Shown: positions 26,592 to 38,535 of the stretch, one piece after another | Numbering within the stretch: position 1 is the first letter of the stretch | Layout: the number at the start of each line of letters is the position of its first letter | From: Paramecium tetraurelia | Lineage: Eukaryota | DNA: 51,533 bases | Direction: 5' to 3' | Assembly: GCA_000165425.1 (NCBI GenBank) | Contig: CT868081.1 | Span: 1-51,533 of the forward strand | Notes under the pieces: generated by a model | The model's database searches: none | What the model was told of the DNA's origin: nothing | The model's input: the letters and a program-made list of their open reading frames with translations, nothing else | Made by a program: the position numbers and the translations under genes

Positions 26592-28278
26592 TCATTCTAG
26601 GATTCCTTCAAAAAAGTCACCCCTTGGACTTGCCAAATCAACCAATCTGTTACTCCTTACTATTGAAAGTGGTTCTTTCTAAAAAAACTGAAACATCGCA
26701 TTTTATGGTGATTGCAACTCACACATTTAATTACACTTCTTTAACTTTGGCAGTTAAATCTGATGCAATTCTTAATCCAAGATTTCAGAATTAATTACCT
26801 CTTCATCCAAATTATACTGTGACATTATCTCATCACATTAAATTTGGAGATTGAGATTGTGTTATTTTATTGTGGACAGAAGTGATGCTTAGAGTGAAGT
26901 GCTATACTCACTTATTTAATCAAAAAAAGGATGTTAAAGAGCCTTTCTAGCACTTGTTCTAAGCTTTGGATCCTTCCTTAACAATTAATTTAGTAAATTC
27001 TCATTAAAATATGATTAATTAATACAATTGAATCCTCTGTAATATAATGATGATCCATGGGCAATTTTAAATCAATTTCACATTTTTTATTAGCTCTCAA
27101 AACTTCATCAAATGAGTTGCCATTGAAGATGCTCCTTCCAGTCAGAAGCTTATACAATATACACCCACAACTAAAGACGTCCACCTTTGTAGTGTATTTG
27201 CTACCCACATTAGTAGTTAAGACTTCTGGAGCTACGTAGCCTGGAGTTCCACATTTTGGAAATAAATATCTAAATGTAGTTGTGATGATAGAATACTTAT
27301 CCAAAGTTTCAATTGTAGCCAATCCAAAATCGACTAGAACCAGGGTAAAATAGTCATTCCTCTTGGCGAACATCATGTTGTCAGGTTTTAAATCTCTATG
27401 GATTATCTAAATTATCCTTTGAGATTACCTTATGGGAATGCAATAAAGCAACACTTTATAGTAGTTTCGCAATTATTATTTTAATGTTTTGAACTGGTAA
27501 GCGCTTATCAGGGAGACCCTAAATGTTTAGAAAATCATTAGTTACCTTTGCTCTTTCTATTTCTTCGCTCAGACTTTGTCCCTCTAAATATTCGGTCACT
27601 AAGTAATAGGTATGATCTCCTTCGTAGATCTCCCTTAAAATCAGAAAGTTGGATGAATAGGCAGATATAATTTTAAGGATTGACACTTCCATATTATAGG
27701 CTTCCTAAATTGTTTATAAATGAATATGATTACTAATCCTGAACCTTTATCGGTTTAATTTAAAAACGATTTCTCAATAGCTTTTATCGCATAGACTTTT
27801 GAATTAATAACATTTTAAGCGCTGTATACCTAAATATTTCAAAATTATTTTACTTTTGCTGAACTGCCTTTTCCAATCTGTAAAAGGGGTATATAAATAT
27901 CCCCAATACCTTCGTAAGTAACTTTTAAATTTAAGATGTCTTTGAATCTATGATACTATTACGTTTTACCGAAGCAAATCTAATGGATCAGCACACAAAG
28001 TCTTAAATTTGTTTTTGTACGGAAAAACGAAGGACAGTAAAATCACTCCATCTTTTAACTTTTTCAAGTTCCAATTGATCTTTGTTGAAAGTTTTAAGTA
28101 GATTTTATATTTTGGGGACTAAGTATCTTTAGACTAAACATTTTTCATAATTATTTCTTACACTGCCAATTGTAAAATACTCTTAGAACACAGTTACATA
28201 ATATTGTTTATCTCGAAAAAAGTGTTTACGAATTCCAACAAATTACAATTTAGCATCTTTGTATTCAATATAATCCAT
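26592..28278 (-). CDS. CAMK-group Ser/Thr kinase with N-terminal PH-like extension
   Basis: IGKGSSAKV, YAIKAIEK, HRDLKPDN, DFGLA, CGTPGYVAPE, DVFSCG; many short introns; stop at 26592-26594. Confidence 0.92.
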
Positions 28279-28357
28279 TTGAGTGTGATATACAACTAAT
28301 TAATTTTAACAAAACAATTATAATAAATAAAAACAAAAATATAAATTTCCTTTACTT

Positions 28358-29512
28358 TCAATAAAAATATCTTTTTTCAACTCTGAAAGCAGGATTATTT
28401 TGATCCAAAGCAGAACTTCTAACTATCATTGGATGCTAAACTCCTTGGTTTAGATTATTCTATTTAAAAGGGGACTCCGTGTATAAAGATTTAGCAGTAA
28501 ACTTATAATTGGAAAAACGACTAGAATCCGATACAATGCTAACTCTAGTTGATTCTTGACCTATCGATTTACACTTAATAGGAGTCAATTCAAGAGAATT
28601 CTAACTTTATTTACCTTTCAACATTTTGATGACCCAATCCGAATTCAAAACTTGCTATATATTAATCCGCCTTTGATGAGCTAACATTTATTGAAACAAC
28701 TATAAACACTCTTTAGACACTTTCTCATTGAATTTTATTGATTATTTATTGCATATTTTTTCATTCAACTCTTCCTTCTATTTGGCTCTAAATAACAATT
28801 CACCATGTAACATATACTGTAAATTATAAATGATCGTCATTACATATAACAGTATCCCCAAAGCCCAAATGTCAACGCCTTTGTCATGTTTTTCCTTTTT
28901 AATTACCTCTGGAGGCATATATTGCGTAGTGCCACAAGAACACGGTTTGGCTTTGCCACCATTTGGCAAGAAGATTGACCAATTGAAATCGCAAACTTTT
29001 ACATTGCTATTTTACAATAAAATGTTATCAGCTTTTATGTCTCTATGAACTATATCTTTTTCATGCAAATACAAGATAGCTTGGGCTATTTAATAAAAAT
29101 AATGGAAGGCTTCTTCTTCTGTAAATTTTTATTTTTTTTTAATCAATTCCTCTAAGGTTCCTTATCCACAATACTCTAACACTATATATATATTATCTCT
29201 GTCTTCAAAATGTTCGATGTATTCCACAATATTTTTATGTTTACATCCTTATAAATAATTTAATTCATTTAATATGTGCTAAGTCGCAAAAATTTGTTTC
29301 ATATAGCTTTTCGAAATCTATATATGTTAAATAATTACTATTTTAATTGCGAATTTCTTCTTATCAACATGATCCAATACTAATTTAACCTTCCCATAAG
29401 TTCCACTTCCTAACTCAATCTAAAGAACTTCGTATTTATCCTTGAGCAATTTCTTTTGAGGAGCAATTGTTGAAGGTTAAGGAGGCAAGGGATAGAATGG
29501 ATATTAATACAT
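28358..29512 (-). CDS. Aurora-related Ser/Thr kinase with DFN in place of DFG
   Basis: LGSGTYGKV, FAIK, HRDIKADN, VCDFNWS, CGTTQYMPPE, DIWALG. Confidence 0.9.
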
Positions 29513-29732
29513 TCTCAATGAAAAATAAATATATATAAATATTAATTTGATTTCTTAGTTCCAAAACCTTGTTAATCGATCCTCTTAATATGTCTAAACA
29601 TCATTAAGTGGAGAAATTTACTTAATTGATGTTTTTTAAAACACACTTGATTTAAATCAATAAGTTCTGTTTCAAAAATTAAATGATAATTTATAAAATG
29701 GGAATTTTAAGTAGTATTAATAAATTTAATTT

Positions 29733-30830
29733 ATGAAAATAATTATCAAAACCTTAAGTGGATAAACTTTTGAACTTGAAGTACAGCCAACAGATTCAGT
29801 AACTCTGATTTTCAAATTAGGTTCTAAATATCAAAGAAAAAATTGAAAAGGTTAAATAATTCGAAATCGCATAATAAAAACTTTTAAGAAAAGGAACTCT
29901 TTTAGTTGATGATTAAACTGTTGGAGATTTAGGAATCTAAGAAAAAGACTTTCTTGTTGTAATGGTCAATGTGAAAGTAATTCATTTTATTTTATCGAGT
30001 AGAAAGGTCCTCCTCAACAATAACCTGTTTAATAATAGGCTCAATAGCCACCTTAATAACCACAACCGGTTTAACCGTAACAACCGATTGAAGTGCCAAA
30101 ACCACTAAACAATCCAACTACATCAAATATGGTGACTGGTTCAGAGTATGATTAAGCCATCCAAAATTTGATTTAAATGGGATTTGCTAAATCTGAATGT
30201 GAAGCAGCAATGAAGGCTGCCTTTAATAATCAAAATAGAGCAATTGAATACTTATTAAATGTAATGAAATAATTTGCGATAAAAGGGTCTTCCTGTAATT
30301 GATCAACCACCTCCACAGCCAGCTTTGAATGCCAACTAGGTAGATTAAAATATATTGCAATTGTTGAGAGAATAATTCATGTAAAATCCATAAGCAGTTC
30401 TTTAGTCAATACAATAATTGTAGCAAACAAACCCATAATTATATTAAGTAAAATAAATAATTATACCAAAATTAGTAAATATAATAAAATCCTGAAACTT
30501 TAATCTAGTTGCTGATGGGAGCTGGTTAAGGTGAAGGAGATGAGATTGAGACAGAAATTACACAAGAAGAAGAATAACAACTCAATTAGTTGATGATGAT
30601 GGGGTTTTCAAAAGAAGATGCATTAGAAGGATTTTTGGCTTGTGATAAAAATGTTGAGACAGCAGCTTCCTATTTATTTGAAAAACAAGCAAGAGGGGAT
30701 TTGTTAAGTAAAAATTAAATTCATTTGAGGCCAACACTATGATAGAGAAGAGAATAATCCTGAAAACTATAATGATGAAGGTAATGAAGGTGAGGAAAAT
30801 GATCAAGATGATGATGATTAATATTATTGA
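29733..30830 (+). CDS. RAD23: UV excision repair / proteasome shuttle RAD23
   Basis: UBL MKIIIKTLSGQTFELEVQPTDSVLNIKEKIE..QKLL; UBA1 LIQMGFAKSECEAAMKAAFNNQNRAIEYLLNG; STI1/XPC-binding QNPQAVLQSIQQLQQTNPQL; UBA2 MGFSKEDALEGFLACDKNVETAASYLF; acidic tail. Confidence 0.95.
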
Positions 30831-31341
30831 ATTCATATGTATATATTCTTAATTTGATTTACATATTTCTTTTTAGGAATCTAGCTAATATGTATTTAGT
30901 CGAGATTCAGAAATTTCCATATAACTTATTATAATCTTAATTGGAATTTATGATGTTTAATAAGAAATAAAAAAAAACTCCTAAATCTATTTCCGTATAA
31001 CTATTTTCTTTTTTAAATACAAATGTCTGGACAATCTCCTATTAGATTTTGTATTCATGTTCTCTCAATCATTGCTTAAGAATACTTTATCTAATCATTT
31101 CAATATGAAAGAAAAACTCATGATTATACAATTAATGATTGGTATCATCCTCATATTACCAACAATTAAATAACGCCATTAAGCTACTTCTTAAGTATAA
31201 GTAGAAACTCAATAGCGAGAGTGTAATTGGAATTAAAATTGAATCTTTTGAAACCTTTAAGAACCATGGAATATAACAATAATATAAATTAGTTAAAAAT
31301 TGTATTCCAATTAATATATCACTATACATATGAAATAGTTT

Positions 31342-31610
31342 TCATTTCAAAATGATGTCCACATTATCATGTGCACCCTTTAAAAGCATTTAGCCTTAAA
31401 AATCAAGCACATTCTATTTTTTGGCTGCTCTCAAAGTACCAACGAGTGCCATAGAATATTGATATAGAATACTTCATAATATTGTTAAGTTTTTTCGTCA
31501 TTGAATAGCACTCCAAATTTAACAACGTATTTTCCTTCTGCATTCTTTGTACCTAAACGTTGAATATCTTTCTTTAACTCTTCTATTTCTTCTTAAATTT
31601 TCTCTTACAT
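31342..31610 (-). CDS. Costars / ABRACL family protein (intron acceptor is non-canonical; may be a pseudogene)
   Basis: MQEKIQEEIEELKKDIQRLGTKNAEGKYVVKFGVLFNDEKTQQYYE, a 23-nt insert, then ALVGTLRAAKKQNVLDFQGQMLLKGAHDNVDIILK-TGA. Confidence 0.9.
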
Positions 31611-31717
31611 AAAATAATTATTTAATAATATTACTCATTTTAATGAAATTTGAATAATGGAGCATAATAATATATAAGAGTTAAAGAATATACATATAAA
31701 TTGGCAAATTATAATTC

Positions 31718-32544
31718 TCAACTAGATGATTTGCTTATTAATGTTGGAGTATAGATCTTCCAATAAAATGTAATTGCCAAGAGAGCTCCTATCCATGGTC
31801 CCATAACAAACATTAATAAGTTTATCATCTGACTCCATCTACCATAATATATACCGTAAAACAATTGCAATCTATGTTTATTCAAAAGTTTACCCAAATG
31901 CAGCTGCAGGATTAAATAAACTATTGCCCATTGTGGCAGTATACCTATAAAGTAGTTATCAAATTATTACTATCTTGCTACAAAATATATAATACTAATG
32001 AACGCTGTTGATTGTATTTAAGTTGTGGTAATTTTAGTGTTTTCTGCTGTTTAAATTTATATGAAAGTGAAGAATATAACTGAGCCTGCAATTTCTGACA
32101 TTAATGTTCCAAAGACTTAATGAGTAGGCAGTCTAGAATTGATAATATTAAATACGATTCATAATAAGGCAAATGATCGCTGTTTGCGAATAATGGCATG
32201 AATAACATCCCTGCAACTAGACTTGCTAGAATTTGAGATCCAATATAATATAAAGTCTTTTTTTTAGAGATAGCTCCATCTATGAATCCAACTAATGTGC
32301 AAATTGGATTGAAGTATCCTCCACTTAGGCGACCAAACAATGTTAGACTAATGAAGTAGACAAGAGATAATCCAAAATTATTTCTACATAAATTTTGCCA
32401 TCATATTTACTCTGCAGCTAAAGCTCCATAAATTACCAACAAGGTGCCTGCTGTCTCGAATACTACGATGTTAGAGATTTAGGCTGCTTCTTTTTCCTTT
32501 GAATCCTCTGGATTGGCTTAGAATTGATTTACTGTAGGTTCCAT
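31718..32544 (-). CDS. Aquaporin / MIP family channel, unorthodox type
   Basis: FETAGTLLVIYG, LSGGYFNPICTL, YYIGSQILASLVAG, SEIAGSVIFF, LFNPAAAFG, FVMGPWIGALLA; four short introns. Confidence 0.9.
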
Positions 32545-32605
32545 ATTATTTTTATATAATTAATTCAATATAATCAATTTAATTTATTTCTAGTTAGAGT
32601 TTGCA

Positions 32606-33238
32606 TCATTTATTTTTATGACTAAGACATCATTCCTTTTGTTAACTATGATATCAATTGCTTATTATATGAGCATAATTTACTTATTATTCTTAATTTA
32701 TTCTTTTATTTTCAATGCATTCAGCTAACATCACCTTGATGCATCTCCATATTTATTTAAGATTAGGCAGTTGATCTGCAGGGAAATAATCAGGAGGGGA
32801 GCAAGAAACTACTAAGTCTTTTAAACACGAAATAAATTTATTTTGCTCCTTTACTTTCTATTTCTATTCGTTTATTTTGATTAAGCAAAGTGAATGCAAC
32901 TTTGGTTCAAATATGTTTTCCTTATTTATTAATCCAATCTCATTAAAGATTTATGACACAAATGTTTGTAATCTTTGGATATTTGCAAAATTGCCAATCA
33001 TCTTTTCGAGCATTTCAACTTTGTGTTGTAACTTTTATATTTATTCTTCCTATTTCTTGATCAATTCATTTTAATCATTATTCAGAGATACTTCATGCAC
33101 TGAAGAGTAATTCATGTTCTGAAATTGCAGCATGTCTATATCTTCTGATTTAGAACTCTTGTGTTATCGAAATGGTTAGAGACGTGGAGATTATAATGTT
33201 TTAAAAGAGTCATAATTATCGTATGTTTTACATCTCAT
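32606..33238 (-). CDS. Hypothetical coiled-coil protein
   Basis: Open code-6 frame MRCKTYDNYDSF..LIKKQEEQIQKLQHKVEMLE..APPPDYFPADQLPNLKQIWRCIK; one probable intron near the 3' end. Confidence 0.7.
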
Positions 33239-33414
33239 TTTGAATTATTGAATTTAAAACTATTTGTTATTATTATTATTCTTATTTTAACAATTAATTC
33301 ATCATAAAAAGCATAATATATTAGTATCATTCAATCTATTCAATCTGATTGATCTAATTTTCAAAATCTAAATTTACATCAGCGTTTGTATTGATTTATT
33401 ATTTATTTAATTAT

Positions 33415-35353
33415 AATATCGCAACTAATTGTGATGAGTATCCCAAATTTAATTACTGAATCTCAAGTAAAGACAACATCCGAATAAAAGGGTGAAGTTC
33501 TGATTTTAAAGTTATTGTTGAAGACAATAAGAATAGAATGTTCTGTTTATTGGTTATAAGTATGAATCAGATGCAATCAGAGTTAAGGAACGTTTTAATA
33601 AAACATTTATAATGATGTCCAAGATCTCAGTTGATTTTGCTAATATTGTGGATGGCCCTGCCCTCCCTAAAGTTTGGTCAAGACATACTCCTGGATCATC
33701 AGCATTCTAAGAAATTCACAATATCTAAGAACCACCATTCGCAAAAAAGATGAAGGAAATAAAGAACATGAATGAGAAATAGAACAAGAAACCCCTAAAT
33801 ATGATGAAAAATCGAAGAAATTTTAAGAGTTCTTATAATTAATGAAGACTAATAAAAAAACCAATTAGAGATATCTTGAAATGATAATGAGAATAATTTA
33901 GCAGATTATATATTTGAAAAGATTAAAAAAAGGGAAGCCAAAGTTCTTCAATACCTAAATCTAAGGTACTAGTGAATGACAATGAAAAGACATCACATAT
34001 TACTAATATTCCATATACAAGCATAGAATAGAAATTGAGAACTGTATTTGAAAAATATGGAACTTTTTTTAGTCTAAAAATACCGAAATAAAGAGGAGGA
34101 TCACCTTCAGGTTTTTGTTTTGTTGAATAGTCAATTGGATAACAAGATTATATTTGGAAGAATGTTTCATGTTAGACCTGCGTTAAGAATAACAATTAAA
34201 TAAGAATAATAGTTAAAAAAGGGAAATTAATACTGAAGAAAAGTCGTCATACAAAAAGCTTAAGAAATAATAGATGCATGAGAGACATAATGATAATACA
34301 TCATGGAATACTTTAATCTTAAATCCTAATACCATTATTGAAGGAATGGAATTTGTTAAAGTACTCTTTGGATAAAAGGAAATTTTTCTGAAGAAATGAT
34401 GATATGGCTGCTAAAATGGCTTAAAATGGAAACCTAAGCTATCATTGAACTAAAGATTGGCTTAACAAAATTGATTTGAATATCGATTTTCTTAAAGTTG
34501 AAAAGAATTAATGTGACAGATCAATAATACCATTTTTGTAAAATATATTCAATTTATAGTCGATGAAACAGATTTAAATGAACTTTTTCAGGATTTGGTT
34601 AATTGAATAAAGTTGTCCTTGCTCCAAATAGATCAATTGGAATTATTACTATGCAAGACGATATGCAGACTACTAAGGCTTTTACAAATCTCTAAAATTA
34701 TAAATTTAAAGGATCTATTCTAAATTTAGAATGGGCTACAACAACTTTAATAGGAGAAGTGAATGAAGTAAATCAATAAATTGAGGAATAAGAAAATGAA
34801 TTAACTCGAATGCTTTATGTCAAGAATATTAATGTTTAGTACAACTGTAAAAACTTACTGAAATTTTAGTCCTTAAAGGTGAATGATATTTAAAAAAGTC
34901 ACTATCATTAATAAAGATGGAGTCTTTTAAGGCTACTGATTTATTGAATTTGATAAACCAGAATCTGCCAAAAAAGCATTACGATTAAATAACTTGACTT
35001 TAGATGATCATTTATTGCAAGTAAGCTAAAGTAAATTAAAACCAAAACAAGGTATGAATTCATTATTTTTTAAAAGATTTAAACAAAGAAAATCAAAGTA
35101 AGAAATAGAGCCTACAAACAAACATTTAATCAAAAATTTAACTTTGAAGCAAATGTCTAAGAACTTAGAAGATTGATCAAATAAATATGGTGAACTTAAA
35201 AAATTAGAGCCTCCTAAAAATTTGATGAAGCAGGAGAGGTTTTGCATTTGCTTAATTTCTCAGCATTGAGGGAGCTTAGAATACTGCTGGGTCTTGACAT
35301 AATACACATTTCTATTGTAGAAGATTATTATTGAATATTCAAAAGAGGAGTGA
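33415..35353 (+). pseudogene. MRD1: MRD1/RBM19 multi-RRM rRNA-processing protein pseudogene
   Basis: Fragments LIV..PNLITE, FNKTFIMMSKISVDFA, WSRHTPGSSAF, NIPY..GFCFVE, SWNTL..NPNTI, FKGSILNLEWA, MLYVKNI, THFYCRRLIIEYSKEE. No ATG at the expected start and many frameshifts. Confidence 0.82.
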
Positions 35354-35763
35354 TGTTATTTTCTTGTATATGATCAATTTTATATTGATTTATATTATTT
35401 GTCAAAATATATGTAATGACAATTTTGTACTTCCATTGAATTGGTAACATCTAAAATCCTATGGAATCATGAAATACTTTGCTTTTATAAAAAGAAGATA
35501 GTCTGACAATGATATATACTAATTTTCAAATAAAATTTATAAACATTTTTAAATCAACGCAGTCTTCATGTTGTAAAAGTCATCCTATAACAATTACTCT
35601 TAAAACAAACAAAATTAAGTGTTAAAAAATCACTCCACATAGCAAATTATTTCGAATAATTTTTCTCTCCATAATCAATCAGCTTTATATTGAATAGGTA
35701 CTCAATATTTATTTGAAATACTTGACTGTATAATTTTCTCTATAGAATCATTAATTAAAAAAA

Positions 35764-37133
35764 ATGAAAATATAGAGATCTGAAGACGATCTATCCTCTA
35801 AATTGCAAGAAGATGGAGTTAATTAATCAGCAGATAATTTAAGCGATGAAGGAGAATTAGAGAAGAGCACATTGCATTATACTTGGTTTGTAAGGACATT
35901 TGGACCAATGAAAAAAGGATCTCTTCGATAATCAGTTATTGCGCTTATGTGTGCCGCAATGGGTTCGGGTATGTTATCCTTTCCATGTAAAATATATTTT
36001 CCTAAAATTCATAGCAAATCCAGTTTAATCTGGATTAATAAATTGTATTTTACTTATGATTATATGTGCATTATTATCCAGATTCTCTATGTAGATATTA
36101 ATGAAATGTGCATTCAAGTATGATTAGCGCTCATATGCAGAATTAGTCAAATTTGCTTTAGGGCCAAGTATCTAAAAATTTTATTCTGTGGATGTTATTT
36201 GTTATACTTTCGGAGCAATTGTTTGTTATTAAATTTTGTTTGTATAACTGGTTTGGTAAGTGTTATTAAAGTTTAACTTTGATGAATCATATAAGGATCA
36301 AGTCAGATATATTGGTGGATCAATTTTTATGATTATAAACTTCCCAATCAGTATGATGAAAGACTTATATTCCTTAAGATATTTCACTCATTTATAAATA
36401 TTAATTATAGCATATATTCTTGTGACTATCGTCATATATTTCTTTATTAATGTTTCAAATACTTTTGATTCAGACAAGATAGTATATTTTGATTTTAACA
36501 TTTAATTAACTAGTACATTTGCGGCAACTTTTTTTGGTTATATTTGCCACTAGTTGATATTCCCAATAAGATCTGAATTAAAAAGATCGACATTGAAGAG
36601 AATGTCTAAAATATTTAATAGAGCCATCGCTTCAGAAGCAATAATTTATTTGACTTTAATGGTTTTTGGATACTTAAGCTTTTTTGATAAAACAGAAAAA
36701 ATTATTATAGATAATTATGATGATATCCCATTTACATTGGCCAAAGCCTTATTTGCTTTTATTATGTTTTTCGCAGTTCCAATCAACTTAAACCCTTCTA
36801 GGTTGACAGTTTTACAATTAATTGACAAGGAAAAAAGTTGGAAGGCTTATGTTATTTGTACAGTAGTTTTATAATATACAACAGGAGTTATTGCAATGAT
36901 ATATCCAAATGTAAAGTAATATATTTTTTTTAATTAGGGCAATTTTTGGTTTGTTAGGAGGGATTTTTGGTATGATTATGGTTATAGTCCTACCATGTGC
37001 ATTGTATATAACCTTAGAATTAAAGGAAGGCAAAAAGTGGTCGGATTCCAATATAATAGTTACATTGTTGATAGGGATTGTTGCGGGAATTTCTGGTTTC
37101 ACAGGAGCAATAGTCAGCTAGATTTATTCATGA
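35764..37133 (+). CDS. Amino-acid transporter (Aa_trans, SLC38/AVT-like)
   Basis: GSLRQSVIALMCAAMGSGMLSFP, SYAELVKFALG, FPISMMKDLYSLRY, FFGYICHQLIFPIRSELK, FGYLSFFD, FGLLGG, VLPCALY; multiple TM helices. Confidence 0.92.
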
Positions 37134-38535
37134 TGAGATAGAATAATATAAAAATAATAAAGAAAATGAATTCTAGTATCTTATTTTTCTTTAAAGACAT
37201 ATTTTTTCAATTATTAATTGATTTCTTATAGGTTCATGTTGTATTGGAGAGTAAACAAAATTAAGAATTTTAATATAATCTCAGTGATTAATATTAATAT
37301 AATTAATAAAAATTTTCTAAAGAATTGATTCTTAGGAAAGTAATAAAATAAAAAGAGTGTTTTCAACTACTTAAAGAAAACATTTCCTCAAATACAATCT
37401 CATTAACTGTCAATCAAGTTGGAAAAATCTTATAATGGGAATTAATGAGTAAGAAATTAGGAATTAAAATTTCATTGCTATTTTTTGTCTAGATGATTAG
37501 AAGATGAAACATTAATACACTTGAAACATTTCAAAGAGGTATTTTTGATCTTAGGTCTACATTGATGATTTCGGATTAAGATCAAATGAATAATAGTAAT
37601 CATTCCTATTTAATTATTCAAACTTAATCCAAGTTTAGACTTTGCTTATCCCTCCTCTTTTCTTTGGGTAGTTTATAACATAACCAAATATTTAAATGAT
37701 CAGTTAAGAAACAAATATTATTTGGTCAGATTTACAAATTTGTAATAGTCGAATCGCTAAATAATTGATAATATTAATTATTTATGAGGTTTAAGAAAAT
37801 TAACAAACGATAATCCTCATTGAATTAATAAAGGAGGCTATTTAAAGGAAATTTTTGAACCCTTTTGAATTTGAATGGCACTATTGTTGTAGCTTCAGTA
37901 CTTAATAGAAAGGGCTATTTATTTTAATGTTATATTATAGGAAATTATTCATTCTGGCTGTGATTTAATTTCATTGTTTTCTCCTCTAAAATGATTGTTG
38001 TTCAAGTATATACCAAACAAAAATGCTTCCCTTTGCTTATTTTATAGCTGCTGACGTAAACTTTAAAAATAAACTTTTGAGCTAGGTTAAACACTAGATT
38101 AGGTATTTTTAACACAATATTTATTGTAAAGATGATATTTTGGTTTTTTTAGTTATCCTTCTCACAGTCTGCACTATTTAATATGGATAATTACTATTCA
38201 TAATTCTGTTAAGTTTAAGATATTTTATTGAAGATTCTTACTTCCTATTGTTGGGATTATGTGAAAATATCAAATAAGTTTTTAAAGTTTTCAATCGGCC
38301 AAAGTGAGCAAAAAAAATAAAAGATCAATTCATTTAAATGTTTGGATTGATAAAATAACATATATTTTAATATCTAGAATAATAGTACTTTCAAAATCAA
38401 TAAATTTATTATAATAATACAACATAATTATAAAATGTATCCAAAAAATGATAAAAAATTTATATCTTTAATTTCATTAGTTCAAAGCCATACTAAGAAA
38501 GATATTTAATTCATTAATTAAAATATCATATATTA

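Noticed and set aside
31023..31355. ~110-codon plus-strand code-6 ORF (MSGQSPIRFC..)
   Set aside because: No motif or intron support; long ORFs arise easily when TGA is the only stop
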